Positions 37,485 through 47,776 are shown, counted from the first letter of the stretch. The stretch is 64,000 nt of DNA from Phycisphaeraceae bacterium (GCA_963674705.1 OY771506.1:2336001-2400000); one strand, 5' to 3'. Notes: generated from the letters alone by a model not told the origin. Numbers and translations: made by a program.

Positions 37485-38834
37485 CTACTCAACACGCACC
37501 GCACATTCAAACGCTTCCCTCGCCACCTCCACCGTCTTTTCGATCGCCGTCTTATCATGTGCCGTCGACACGAACCATGCCTCGTACTGAGCCGGCGCCA
37601 GCATCACGCCGCCATCCAGCATTGTGTTGAAGAACGCGGCGTATCGATCGGTTCGGCAGTTCACCGCTTGCTCGTAGTTGGTCACCGGTTGATCAGAGAA
37701 GAACACGCACAGCATCGAACCAACGCGCGTGATGTACACAGGCACATCCGCGTCTTTCGCCGCTTTTCGCAGACCCGTTTCCAGCTTCGCTGATAGTGTT
37801 TCGAGTTGTTCGTAGACGCCATCTTCCTGTAGCGCCTCAAGCGTTGCGATGCCCGCGGCCATGGCTAACGGATTCCCGCTTAACGTGCCCGCCTGATAGA
37901 CCGGCCCATCCGGCGCGACCTGCCGCATCAGATCTTCCCGCCCGCCATACGCAGCGCAAGGCAAACCCCCGCCGATCACTTTGCCTAAACAGGTCAGGTC
38001 AGGCTTCACGTTGTATAGCGCCTGTGCCCCGCCGAACGCGACGCGGAAACCCGTCATCACTTCATCGAAGATCAGCAGCACATCAAACTCATCGCACAAC
38101 GCACGCAGGCCTTGCAGGTAACCATTGTCTCCACTTCCGGGGGAGCTTCCGGGGGCCGGGGGCACCACACCCATATTCCCCGCGACCGGTTCGACCACAA
38201 TGCACGCAACCTCGCCCGCATGCTTCTCAAACACCGCTCGCACCGCTTCCAGATCATTGAACGGCACAAGCAGCGTCTCACCCGTCACGCTCCCCGGCAC
38301 GCCCGGCGAACTGGGCACGCCCAGCGTCGTCGCGCCGCTGCCCGCCTGCACCAGCAGCCCATCACTGTGCCCGTGATAGCACCCCGTACACTTAACAATC
38401 TTTGATCTCCCGGAAGCTCCCCTCGCCAGCCGGATCGCCGACATCACCGCCTCGGTACCGGAGTTAACGAACCTCACCAGTTCCACCGAAGGCACCGCAT
38501 CGACGACGATCTGCGCCAACCGCGTCTCCGCTTCCGTTGGCATGCCGAAGCTCGTGCCTTTCTGGGCTGCTTTGGCAAGCGCGGTAATAACTTCTGGGGG
38601 AGCATGGCCCAGGATCAGCGGGCCGTAGGAGCAGACGAAGTCAATGTATTCATTGCCGTCGACGTCGGTGAGGATTGCCCCCTTGCCCCCGGCCACGGTC
38701 ACCGGCTCCCGGCCGACCGCCTTGTACGCCCGCACCGGCGAACTCACACCGCCCGGCATCAGAGTCCGCGCCCGTTGAGATGCCTTGCCCGATCCCGCGT
38801 AACGATCCATCCCGGTCCGGCTGCTTCCACTCAT
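37485..38834 (-). CDS. hemL: Glutamate-1-semialdehyde 2,1-aminomutase
   Basis: PGGVSSPVRA, NSGTEA, GCYHGH, FDEVMTGFR, GKVIGGG, QAGTLSGNP. Confidence 0.96.
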   Translation of the reverse strand: MSGSSRTGMDRYAGSGKASQRARTLMPGGVSSPVRAYKAVGREPVTVAGGKGAILTDVDGNEYIDFVCSYGPLILGHAPPEVITALAKAAQKGTSFGMPTEAETRLAQIVVDAVPSVELVRFVNSGTEAVMSAIRLARGASGRSKIVKCTGCYHGHSDGLLVQAGSGATTLGVPSSPGVPGSVTGETLLVPFNDLEAVRAVFEKHAGEVACIVVEPVAGNMGVVPPAPGSSPGSGDNGYLQGLRALCDEFDVLLIFDEVMTGFRVAFGGAQALYNVKPDLTCLGKVIGGGLPCAAYGGREDLMRQVAPDGPVYQAGTLSGNPLAMAAGIATLEALQEDGVYEQLETLSAKLETGLRKAAKDADVPVYITRVGSMLCVFFSDQPVTNYEQAVNCRTDRYAAFFNTMLDGGVMLAPAQYEAWFVSTAHDKTAIEKTVEVAREAFECAVRVE

Positions 38835-39075
38835 GCGCGTAGTCTATCACCGCTGTCACACGCCCGCCCGATTAAATCGTAAATACCGTAAATAAAGCCA
38901 ATTAACAATGCCATTGGCCCCGGTCCTCAACTCCGAACCCCCAAACCCCAATCCCTTGCACCCGACATTGCTACCCCCTCAGGATTCTGCTAGAATCCGG
39001 GGCTCAATACTGAATAGGGAAAACCAACGCACGCCTTCGGCCGAAGGCAGCGGCCTTTGGCCACGAGAGAACATT

Positions 39076-39345
39076 ATGGCGATTACTGCAGAGAAGAAGA
39101 CGCAACTGATCAGCGAATACCGCCGCGAAGAGAAGGACTCCGGCAGCCCCGAGGTCCAGATCGCTATCCTCACCGAGCGGATCAACAACCTCACGCAGCA
39201 CCTGCGCGACCACAAGCACGACTTCGCCAGCCGGCGCGGCCTGCTGAACATGGTCTCCACACGTAACCGACTGCTGCGTTACTTGGCCAAGACCAACCGA
39301 GCCAGCTACCAGACGCTCATCGGTCGACTCGGCCTCCGTAAATAA
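39076..39345 (+). CDS. rpsO: 30S ribosomal protein S15
   Basis: [30 protein letters not shown]. Confidence 0.97.
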   Translation: MAITAEKKTQLISEYRREEKDSGSPEVQIAILTERINNLTQHLRDHKHDFASRRGLLNMVSTRNRLLRYLAKTNRASYQTLIGRLGLRK

Positions 39346-39569
39346 ACCAACTCGCACGCCGTCCCGGCACCTGGACCCCGGAAGGCGTGTCCAGGGTGGA
39401 CCCAGACGGCAGGCGACCCGCGACGCCCGCCTCAGCTATCCATTTGAGGTAACGCCTGCTCACAGGCCACGCGTCACCGGCCATCTGCCCTCTGCCTCCT
39501 CTACTCGGGACCGGCGGACTCTTTTCATCCAGCCTACTCCTCACGGCTCAACTCCAAGGAAGCAGAAAA

Positions 39570-41723
39570 ATGACCACCCACCGCGTAGAACTCGAACTCG
39601 GCGGACGTACGCTCAGCCTCGAAACCGGCAAGATCGCAAAACAGGCCGAAGGCGCTGTCATCGTCCAGTACGGCGAAACCGTCGTCCTCGGCACCGCCGT
39701 ACACGCCGCTCCACGTGAGGGCATCGACTTCTTCCCCCTCACCGTCGACTACCGCGAAAAACTCAGCGCCGCGGGCAAATTCCCCGGCGGCTTCCGCAAA
39801 CGCGAAGGCGCCCCAAACCAGAAAGAAATCCTAACCATGCGGAACATCGACCGCCCGCTGCGGCCGCTGTTCCCCAAGGGTTACAAGGACGAAGTCCAGA
39901 TCCAGTGCTGGGTCCTCGCCGCCGACGGCCAGAACGACCCGGACGTCCTGGCCGGCATCGCCGCCAGCGCTTCACTGGCCATCAGCTCGATCCCGTTTGA
40001 AGGCCCCGTCGGCAACGTCCGCATGGGGCGCGTCGATGGTAACGTCGTCGTTATGCCCACCGTCGCCCAGAGCGAGTTCTCCGACCTGGACCTGCTGCTG
40101 TGCGGTCACAAGGACGGGCTGAACATGATCGAAGTCGGCGCTCATCAATTGTCCGAAGACGTCGTCGCCGACGCGATTGAGCAGGGTTTTGAGCACGTCA
40201 AGGCCATCGCCAACCTGATCAACGAACTGGTCGGAAAGTGCGGCAAGGAAAAGGTCAACAACACCCCGCCTGTCCCCGAAGACATCATCAAGACTGTCCA
40301 CGAAAAACTCTCCGGCCCGCTCAAGGCCGCCAAGACCACCGATGGCAACAAGCTCGATCGCCAGGAAGCCGTCAAGAAAGCCATCAACGAATTCCTCAGC
40401 GCCGAGTTCCCCGAGCCCGGTGAAGACGCGACCTACGCCGCCCACAAGAAGGCTTCCGCCCGCCGCAACATGGCCAAGGAAGTGATCCACGACCTGGAAG
40501 AAGTCATCACCCGCGAAATCATCCGCAGCGGCAGCCGCACCGACGGCCGTCAATTTAATGAGCTGCGCAACATCGACTGTGAAGTCCAGGTCCTGCCCCG
40601 CGTTCACGGTTCATCGCTGTTCACCCGTGGCGAAACTCAGGCACTGGTCACCTGCACACTCGGCACCGGCAAGGACGAGCAGATCGTCGACGGCCTGCAC
40701 GAAGAGTACTCCGAGAAGTTCTACCTGCACTACAACTTCCCGCCGTTCAGCGTCGGCGAAGCCAAACGCATCACCGGACCCAGCCGTCGCGATATCGGCC
40801 ACGGCAAGCTTGCGGAAAAGGCGCTCGCGCCGGTCCTGCCTGAAGTTTCCGAATTCCCCTACACCGTTCGTCTGGTCAGTGACATCATGGAATCCAACGG
40901 CTCCTCGTCCATGGCATCGGCCTGCGGCGGCACCCTTGCGATGATGGACGCCGGCGTGCCCATCAAGGCGCCCGTCGCCGGTATCAGCATCGGCCTGATC
41001 AAAGCCGATGAAGCCGGCCAGGAAGATGTCTACCTCACCGACATCCAGGGCGAGGAAGATCACTTCGGCGACATGGACTTCAAGGTCACCGGCACACGCA
41101 ACGGCATCACCGCCATCCAGCTCGACCTCAAGATCCGCGGCCTGAACATGGATCAGATCCGCAAAACCTTCGAACTGGCTAAGGAAAACCGCATCCAGAT
41201 CATCGAGAAGATCGAGGCCTGCATCCCCGAATCTCGCAAGGAACTGAGCGTCTGGGCCCCGCGTCTACTCACCACCAAGATCCATCCCGACAAGATCGGC
41301 AAGCTCATCGGCCCGGGCGGCAAGCAGATTCGTGCCCTCGAAGCCGCGACCGGCGCCAAGATCGAGATCGAAGAAGACGGCACGATCTACGTCTCCGCCG
41401 TCGGCGCAGGCAAGGCCGAGGCCGCCATCGAAGAGATCGAGAAGATCGGCGCCGAGGTCAAGGTCGGCCAGATCTATACCGGTAAGGTCTCCACTATCAA
41501 GGACTTCGGTGCATTTATCGAAGTGATTCCCGGCCAGGACGGCCTCTGCCACATTTCCGAGCTTCAGGACGGCTATGTCGAGAAGGTGTCGGATGTTGTG
41601 AAGGTCGGCGACAAGGTGCGGGTCAAGGTCCTCCTGATCGACGACCAGGGCCGCGTCAAACTCTCCCGCCGGGCTGCCATGGCGGAAGAAGAGGCGAAAA
41701 ACGAAGAAAATGCTTCCGTTTAG
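39570..41723 (+). CDS. pnp: Polyribonucleotide nucleotidyltransferase
   Basis: DFFPLTVDY, FTRGETQ, ESNGSSSMAS, GDMDFKV, KH and S1 domains; rpsO-pnp synteny. Confidence 0.97.
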   Translation: MTTHRVELELGGRTLSLETGKIAKQAEGAVIVQYGETVVLGTAVHAAPREGIDFFPLTVDYREKLSAAGKFPGGFRKREGAPNQKEILTMRNIDRPLRPLFPKGYKDEVQIQCWVLAADGQNDPDVLAGIAASASLAISSIPFEGPVGNVRMGRVDGNVVVMPTVAQSEFSDLDLLLCGHKDGLNMIEVGAHQLSEDVVADAIEQGFEHVKAIANLINELVGKCGKEKVNNTPPVPEDIIKTVHEKLSGPLKAAKTTDGNKLDRQEAVKKAINEFLSAEFPEPGEDATYAAHKKASARRNMAKEVIHDLEEVITREIIRSGSRTDGRQFNELRNIDCEVQVLPRVHGSSLFTRGETQALVTCTLGTGKDEQIVDGLHEEYSEKFYLHYNFPPFSVGEAKRITGPSRRDIGHGKLAEKALAPVLPEVSEFPYTVRLVSDIMESNGSSSMASACGGTLAMMDAGVPIKAPVAGISIGLIKADEAGQEDVYLTDIQGEEDHFGDMDFKVTGTRNGITAIQLDLKIRGLNMDQIRKTFELAKENRIQIIEKIEACIPESRKELSVWAPRLLTTKIHPDKIGKLIGPGGKQIRALEAATGAKIEIEEDGTIYVSAVGAGKAEAAIEEIEKIGAEVKVGQIYTGKVSTIKDFGAFIEVIPGQDGLCHISELQDGYVEKVSDVVKVGDKVRVKVLLIDDQGRVKLSRRAAMAEEEAKNEENASV

Positions 41724-42045
41724 GTTAAAAATCGTTTAATATCGGACATATATTGATCGGGCTTGGAGGACCCGTGTTGAAATTGACTTTGCGCACATGC
41801 GCAAAGATGGTAAATTAGGCAGCGTCATCGGGATCATCCTGTCCCAATCGGGCCCCGATGTGAGTTTGGCTCAAGCGGTTCTCGTTCGTGTTTGCTCTAG
41901 CCAAACAGACGGAATGAAGTGAGTCACTTCTTTTATGAGGCAGTGGGTGTGAATTCACCCGGTTGAGATCACAGCGTCTTTTGGTATTTGCTGTAAAGCA
42001 ACACCTCTATTTCTTGGTTCCTCGTTCTGAGTGAGGAGTTCGACA

Positions 42046-42273
42046 ATGCCGATGGTTCAAGGTCAAGTCAAGTGGTTCGATCCGAAGAAGGGTTACGGCT
42101 TCATCACGGGGCCACAGGGTCAGGATGTTTTTGTGCATTACAGCCAGATCCAGGGTGACGGTTTCCGTTCCCTCAAGGACGGTGAAGATGTTCAGTACGA
42201 CCTGATCGAAGGCGAAAAGGGCTGGCAGGCTCGCACCGTCGAGCGGGCCAAAGTCCACGAGGCTGCTCGCTAA
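42046..42273 (+). CDS. Cold-shock domain protein
   Basis: GQVKWFDPKKGYGFI, DVFVHYS; GAGGAG RBS; long upstream leader. Confidence 0.93.
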   Translation: MPMVQGQVKWFDPKKGYGFITGPQGQDVFVHYSQIQGDGFRSLKDGEDVQYDLIEGEKGWQARTVERAKVHEAAR

Positions 42274-42306
42274 GAAAGTAGCAGCTCTCGTCGTATCACA
42301 GTGGGG

Positions 42307-42385
42307 GGGTGCCACATTTTTGGCCTTTTGGGCAAAGTGTGGTTGACCACCGGACCGCCGCGACGCGGCCAAAAACGTGGCACCC
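42307..42385. repeat. GGGTGCC-type REP inverted repeat
   Basis: GGGTGCCACATTTTTGGCC / GGCCAAAAACGTGGCACCC. Confidence 0.7.
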
Positions 42386-42521
42386 AACTTGGATGATCTG
42401 GAACAGACGCTGTTCCTCACATCTCCTGCTACCGCTCTACGCCGGTACTGATCCCTGCGAACAACCTCTCCAGCGCCGCTGCAGGTGACACCGCCGCGAC
42501 GCACCGCTATCTTGCTATCAC

Positions 42522-43403
42522 ATGCTCTGGTCGCACCTGTTCATTGGTTTAAGCATCGGCGTCCTGCTGTCTATCCCTCTCGCCGCGATCTGGGGTAGAC
42601 GCACCGAGCTGCGCGTACGCAAGCTCGAACGCCGCGCCCGCGCCGCCGAACGACTCGCTGAACTCGGCACCATGACCGGCGGCCTCGCGCACGAAATCAA
42701 AAACCCACTGTCCACCATCGGGCTCAACGTCCAACTATTGCAGGAAGATGTTCACGACCTCTCCCAGGATCAAGGGCTCAGCGAATCGCACCATGAAGGT
42801 TTAGGACGCGTGCAGCGACGCCTCGAATCGCTCAGCCGCGAAACCTACCGCCTCCGCGACATCCTTGAAGACTTCCTCCGCTTTGCCGGCCGAGTCGAAC
42901 TCGATCCGCAACCCACCGACCTGCACGTCATGATAGAAGAGCTGATCGACTTCTTCGAGCCGCAGGCCCGTGAAGCCAAGGTCAACCTCCGCAGCCAACT
43001 CGCTGCGACTGACGCCATCGTTCCCGCCGACGCCGGCCTGCTCAAACAAGCCATGCTCAACCTCATGATCAACGCCGTCCAGGCCATGACCCATGCGCGT
43101 GAAAAGAACCAGCCGCACGGCGGCGCTAACGAGCTGATTATCCGCACCGAACGCTCTCGCGCCACGACCGGTGGCAACGGCCCCGAGTTCCACATCCACG
43201 TCACCGACACCGGCCCCGGCATGACACCCGAAGTCGCCGAAAAGGTCTTCCAACCCTACTTCTCCACCAAACGCGGCGGCTCCGGCCTCGGCCTGCCCAC
43301 TTCCCGCCGTATCGTCGAAGAACACGGCGGCTCCCTCACCGTCCACGCCGACCCCGGCCGTGGCACCGACTTCACTCTTTCCCTCCCAATAGACAGGGGC
43401 TGA
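42522..43403 (+). CDS. Sensor histidine kinase (single TM, HisKA + HATPase, no sensor domain)
   Basis: LAHEIKNPL, NLMINAVQA, DTGPG, FQPYFSTK, GSGLGL. Confidence 0.93.
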   Translation: MLWSHLFIGLSIGVLLSIPLAAIWGRRTELRVRKLERRARAAERLAELGTMTGGLAHEIKNPLSTIGLNVQLLQEDVHDLSQDQGLSESHHEGLGRVQRRLESLSRETYRLRDILEDFLRFAGRVELDPQPTDLHVMIEELIDFFEPQAREAKVNLRSQLAATDAIVPADAGLLKQAMLNLMINAVQAMTHAREKNQPHGGANELIIRTERSRATTGGNGPEFHIHVTDTGPGMTPEVAEKVFQPYFSTKRGGSGLGLPTSRRIVEEHGGSLTVHADPGRGTDFTLSLPIDRG

Positions 43404-43439
43404 CTCCGTTTCCACCGCAGTGATTTGGAACTAGTACGT

Positions 43440-44012
43440 ATGTTGCTAGAGATAGAGGAAATCCAAAGGCGGCTGAACGAGCAGTTCCTTCCACTTGAGC
43501 CGATGCTGACTGGATTCAGATTGGTTGGCGCGGTCAACGGTGAGGCTGTGGTTGAGCAGATACAACACTGTTTGAGGATAACTCTGGACGGGGCATTTGC
43601 GGGCCTCATCCGCAGCTATAACTTCGGCTCCCTAACGGTAGGCCCCATCACCTTCTGCAACACCGGAGACTTCGCTGCGTGGTTCGTAGACCGAAATATA
43701 GATGACGAGTCTCAGGAGTACCCATGGTGGGGAGATGGCCACAGACCAGACACACTGCTACTGGTGGCGGGTTCTGATCTCTACGCGATCGTACTTGACA
43801 ACTGCTCGGGCCGCGTTCTGGCCTTTCAGAATGGGCAGCCGTGGAAGAACGCGCTCGTCATCTCATTGGGGTTTAGAGAGTTTCTGCAAGGAATTGGAAC
43901 GGTCTTTCTTGATCGTGATCCTGAAGGTGACAACCAGAAGATTTCTACCGATGTTGCTACTTATGCTGGGGGAATGGACGGAGCTGCCTTTTGGGACTGG
44001 CTAGCTAAGTGA
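43440..44012 (+). CDS. SMI1/KNR4 (SUKH)-like immunity protein
   Basis: EAVVEQIQHCLRITL...F..LI..YNFG pattern, LLVAGSD..AIVLD...G.V; AT-richer. Confidence 0.6.
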   Translation: MLLEIEEIQRRLNEQFLPLEPMLTGFRLVGAVNGEAVVEQIQHCLRITLDGAFAGLIRSYNFGSLTVGPITFCNTGDFAAWFVDRNIDDESQEYPWWGDGHRPDTLLLVAGSDLYAIVLDNCSGRVLAFQNGQPWKNALVISLGFREFLQGIGTVFLDRDPEGDNQKISTDVATYAGGMDGAAFWDWLAK

Positions 44013-44015
44013 GGG

Positions 44016-44108
44016 AAGCCGGGTGCCCGTCTTTGACCCGAAGGGCAAAGGCGGCACGCTCGGCGCGGGTCTACCGACCCCGCCGCAATATACGACCGAA
44101 GGTCTCCA
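44016..44108 (+). repeat. Bipartite dispersed repeat, second copy at 63312-63350 + 63520-63573
   Basis: AAGCCGGGTGCCC..CTTTGACCCG.AGGGCAAAG and CACGCTCGGCGCGGGTCT.CCG...GACCGAAGGTCTCCA. Confidence 0.8.
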
Positions 44109-44449
44109 CCGCCCTATGTGATAGGTATCAGTCTGTAAGCCTGGACCTACTCAAGCCAAAAGAATAGCCACGAAAAGTCACAAAAATCACAAAAGTAAAT
44201 GCAAAGAAAACGAATCAACCACAGCCTGCCTGATCCGTGCTTCCAACAAGCCGCATTTTGTGTCTTCTGTGCCTTTTTGTGGCAAGACCTATTTGAATAT
44301 AAGAGAAACGGGGTGGGACCCCGCTTTCACGTTCCCGCTTCGTCTTGCTTGCCTTGGTGACATCTTGCGAGTGATCCATTACCATCTGCCGGGTATTCCT
44401 GTGGGGGGAACGCCGGCGACCTATCAACCATGACACTGTGGGGACATCA

Positions 44450-45001
44450 ATGAAGATTTACATCGTTGCCATGCTCGTTTTAGTCATCACGGCTTGTGAC
44501 AACATCAACAATTCGGCTTTTCAAAGCACGCTGTTGGAAGTGGATGGCAAAGGGATTGTCCCCGACTTCGTGATTGACAACCTCTACGGCTGGGAGGTCG
44601 AAACCGAAACGGTAGAGTCTGCCAAGCAGGAAGGGATACTCTACCTGGACTGCAACGATGAGCAAGCGGACGACCCCGTCTTCTCGCTGGTGTCACTCGA
44701 AGTCAACACCGCCCCGATCGATGATGCCACCACCCCCGAACAGTTCATCAAGGAATATTATGAGTTGAACGTCTTCGATGATGCCAGCCCGCTAGCAGTC
44801 AAACCCGTCTCGTTCACGCACGAAAAAGGCTGGACCTACCGGGACGAGTATTCGATCGACTTTACTTCGATCGTGGATGTGTACTTTTTCAAGGCCGGCA
44901 ACACGATGTTTATCGTTAACGCAACGTCGACCGAGGACCTTCACGATTCGCACTCAGTGCCGAAGTTCGAGGCGATGCTCAACACGTTCGATATCAAGTG
45001 A
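44450..45001 (+). CDS. Hypothetical lipoprotein (PsbP/DcrB-like fold possible)
   Basis: MKIYIVAMLVLVITAC lipobox; ends FEAMLNTFDIK. Confidence 0.65.
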   Translation: MKIYIVAMLVLVITACDNINNSAFQSTLLEVDGKGIVPDFVIDNLYGWEVETETVESAKQEGILYLDCNDEQADDPVFSLVSLEVNTAPIDDATTPEQFIKEYYELNVFDDASPLAVKPVSFTHEKGWTYRDEYSIDFTSIVDVYFFKAGNTMFIVNATSTEDLHDSHSVPKFEAMLNTFDIK

Positions 45002-45057
45002 TAGCAACAGAACCATAACCGGCATCCGCCTATCACAAGATTAACAACCGGCCCCTG

Positions 45058-45165
45058 CTTGGGCTGCCCACCAGCCGCCGCATCGTCGAAGAACACGGCG
45101 GCTGCCTCACCGTCCACGCCGACCCCGGCCGTGCAACCGACTGCATCCTATTGCTTGTACCATAA
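45058..45165 (+). pseudogene. Displaced 3' fragment of the histidine kinase gene
   Basis: Translates LGLPTSRRIVEEHGGCLTVHADPGRATD..., colinear with the kinase C-terminus. Confidence 0.8.
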
Positions 45166-45475
45166 ACCTGCTAAGGACATGTTATTGCGTATTTTTCTGT
45201 TCGGGCGAGGCACGACTCCTGTGTACGCATATGGTCCCTTTTTTAGCGCAAATTGCTTGTTTTTTCTCATTGCATCTGCGTCTTGCCACGGTAAACTTAA
45301 AGCATGTCTTAAGCAGTTTGTGCTGGTTTTGCACATAAAGGAGGAGAGGGCACAAACGATTTAGCATCACGTCATTTGGCCTGCGGTACGACCTCGGTTG
45401 GCTGCGGCATTGGATTGGTGACTTCTTCTTCTAATCACGCTTTTATTAACATTTCATAGCACTCGGAGGTAGAGA

Positions 45476-46933
45476 ATGATTGATAAAAAGTTTGGCATCA
45501 TGACAACAGCGGCGCTTCTCGCGGCCGTGTGCGCCTCGTCGGTGTATGCCGACACCAACTGGACAGGCGCTGTCGACCAGGACTGGAATAACCCCGCTAA
45601 CTGGAGCAACGGCATCCCTGTCGACGACGGCGTCCAAGGCAACGCATTCATCAATGACGCCGGTGTCGGTGTGTTCCCCATCATCAGCGCACCCGGTACC
45701 TACAGTGCCGATGTGGACCTTTGGATAGGCCACGGTGGCGGCACGGGTCGTCTCGACCAGAGAACCGGCTTATTGAGTACCGGTGACCCGGGCTGGATGT
45801 TCCTCGGCCAAGGCGGCGCCTCCGCCAACGGCACCTACAACCTCGCCGACACCTCCGGCGCAGGCGGTACGTTCACCGGCTTTGCACAGGGTGACGGCAG
45901 CCTGAATGTCGGCGGCGCTTCGCAGGCTGGCGTCTGGCACATCGGCATCGATGGCGCGACGGCGCTTGTGAACATCAATACCGAAGGCACCGTGGCGGCC
46001 GGTGAAATCAACACCGGTAATACCGGCGCAGGCGGCATCACCACGTTCAATATCGACAACGGCACGATTAATGTCGGCCAGTTCAGGATCGGCAGCGACT
46101 TCTGGGGCAGCAACGTCGCCAGCGACAACGACTTCAACATGAGCGGCGGCCAGGTCAACGCCACCGGTGAAGTCTGGATCGGCGGCATCGGCGTCAGCAA
46201 CAGCCAGATGACCGGCGGAGAGCTTAACAGCGGCCAATGGCTCGCTATAGGCCGCAACAGGCCCGGCACCAACAGCGTCTTCACCGTCACCGGCGGCACG
46301 ATCAACGCCGCACAAGCCGGCGGCTGGCTCGTCGCAGGCGGTTTCGACGGCGGCGCCGGCACCATCAATGCCAGCGGTGGCACCATCAACTCGCTGCTTT
46401 CAGGTATCTGGATCGGTGAAGGCGGCATCGGCGCCGCCAACCTCAGCGGGATCGCCGATGTCAACAGCGGCTGGCTGCGTATCGGTGGCAACGACGGCTC
46501 CGTCGGCGATGTCAGTGTCCTCGGCAGCACCGTCTCCGTGGACATCACCGATCTCTCCATCGGGTTGAATGACGTGGGCGGCGACACGACCGCGCTGGGT
46601 ACGCTCAGCTTCGTCGCCGACGCGGCAGGCATCAGCACCATCCTCGCGACCGGTGATGTGAACCTCAGCTCGCCGGACGGCGACATGCTGACCGTCGACC
46701 TCTCCGCCTACACCGGCGCGCACGTTGACATGCTCCTGATCGACGGCACCACAAGCCAGGGTGAATTTACCGGCCTGGCTCAGAACGCGCTGGTCACGAC
46801 GGATGGCAATGCCAACCCGTACTACATCGACTACAGCACCGCAGGCGACGTCTGGCTGCGTACCGTCCCCGAGCCCGCCAGCCTGGCGCTACTCGGCCTC
46901 GGCGGCCTGGCCATGATTACCCGTAAACGCTGA
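45476..46933 (+). CDS. Gly-rich beta-helix-like PEP-CTERM surface protein
   Basis: Signal peptide; WNNPANWS; repeated GG.IN/WIG units; VPEPASL-TM-RKR. Confidence 0.88.
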   Translation: MIDKKFGIMTTAALLAAVCASSVYADTNWTGAVDQDWNNPANWSNGIPVDDGVQGNAFINDAGVGVFPIISAPGTYSADVDLWIGHGGGTGRLDQRTGLLSTGDPGWMFLGQGGASANGTYNLADTSGAGGTFTGFAQGDGSLNVGGASQAGVWHIGIDGATALVNINTEGTVAAGEINTGNTGAGGITTFNIDNGTINVGQFRIGSDFWGSNVASDNDFNMSGGQVNATGEVWIGGIGVSNSQMTGGELNSGQWLAIGRNRPGTNSVFTVTGGTINAAQAGGWLVAGGFDGGAGTINASGGTINSLLSGIWIGEGGIGAANLSGIADVNSGWLRIGGNDGSVGDVSVLGSTVSVDITDLSIGLNDVGGDTTALGTLSFVADAAGISTILATGDVNLSSPDGDMLTVDLSAYTGAHVDMLLIDGTTSQGEFTGLAQNALVTTDGNANPYYIDYSTAGDVWLRTVPEPASLALLGLGGLAMITRKR

Positions 46934-46971
46934 GTGCGTTAACCACGTTTGAGATAACCTCCGGAAAACCC

Positions 46972-47010
46972 AACGCCCGACGGCCAACAAACCGTCGGGC
47001 GTTTTCGTTT
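46972..47010 (+). terminator. Rho-independent terminator
   Basis: AACGCCCGACGG-loop-CCGTCGGGCGTT followed by a T-rich tail. Confidence 0.75.
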
Positions 47011-47057
47011 ATTCAATCCTGACTTCTTTTTAATACCTCTTCCGTGACATCATGATG

Positions 47058-47432
47058 TCAAATATCTAACCAGGATTTATCTTCAATGATACCCAGGTCG
47101 TCTATTGGTTCTTCCCCGATACTTGTCAATGCTGATACGAAAGTGTCAAGAGACTCCCATTGATGAACTATATGTCTATTGTCATCAAGCAGAAGGATCG
47201 AATTAGTACGAATATCCAGACAGATGACATCATGCCAATCTCCATAAAACGGCATAAGATAGTCTGCAATATCCCATTCTGATAAAATTTCTTTGGCTTG
47301 TTCTATGTCACTCATTTTCCAGAAACAATGGTATAACGGTTCCGTCGAGCCGTTATAACAGACGGCGTTGAATTGAGTGTTGTAAGCATCAACACCTTCG
47401 AGAAATCTTGTCTGTTCTTCAGTCAATTTCAT
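47058..47432 (-). CDS. SMI1/KNR4 (SUKH)-like immunity protein
   Basis: LMPFYGDWHDVICLD...ILLLDD...WESLDTFV; markedly AT-rich. Confidence 0.55.
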   Translation of the reverse strand: MKLTEEQTRFLEGVDAYNTQFNAVCYNGSTEPLYHCFWKMSDIEQAKEILSEWDIADYLMPFYGDWHDVICLDIRTNSILLLDDNRHIVHQWESLDTFVSALTSIGEEPIDDLGIIEDKSWLDI

Positions 47433-47557
47433 ATTTGAACTTAATGCAAATTTTATTACGAGATGGGGTCAAAGTCCTGAGTCTATCTAAGAATGATACA
47501 TGCAAGATGTCCCTGATTGACAAGTAGGATGAATCAACGCAGGTTATGTTGGCAAAC

Positions 47558-47692
47558 CTACTGCTCCGCCGCGTCCTGAATCCCCTCGCCTATTTCTTCC
47601 AGGTCCTCACCGATCCCGTGCAGCGTGTTGCACCCGCTCATCGCGGTCATGTACATCGTCAGTAGCACCAGCAGCAGTATCTTCTTGAGCAT
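47558..47692 (-). CDS. Entericidin A/B-family small lipoprotein (44 aa, absent from the ORF track)
   Basis: MLKKILLLVLLTMYMTAMSGCNTLHGIGEDLEEIGEGIQDAAEQ; CNTxxGxGxD motif; GGAGA RBS. Confidence 0.85.
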   Translation of the reverse strand: MLKKILLLVLLTMYMTAMSGCNTLHGIGEDLEEIGEGIQDAAEQ

Positions 47693-47776
47693 CAATCGAA
47701 TCTCCAGCCCGGCATTGCATTGGCTAGAGATTCTTATCGGACATCCCGCCCCCGGAACTCAAACCGGCCCACGGAC

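Larger units (their letters stand above)
43404..45142. mobile_element. Small genomic islet bounded by a duplicated histidine-kinase 3' end (no mobility gene)
   Basis: 43293-43371 repeated at 45064-45142 (7 mismatches in 79 bp). Confidence 0.7.

Noticed and set aside
38134..38155. CTTCCGGGGG direct repeat giving a short insertion in hemL
   Set aside because: Small in-frame duplication in a probable loop; likely neutral.
39346..39569. Novel RNA in the rpsO-pnp spacer
   Set aside because: Hairpins here are expected (terminator and RNase III-type leader); nothing distinctive enough to call.
45835..46686. 283-aa antisense ORF (similar cases at 11711-12436 and 30870-31739)
   Set aside because: Mirror of GC-biased coding strands with no recognisable motifs.
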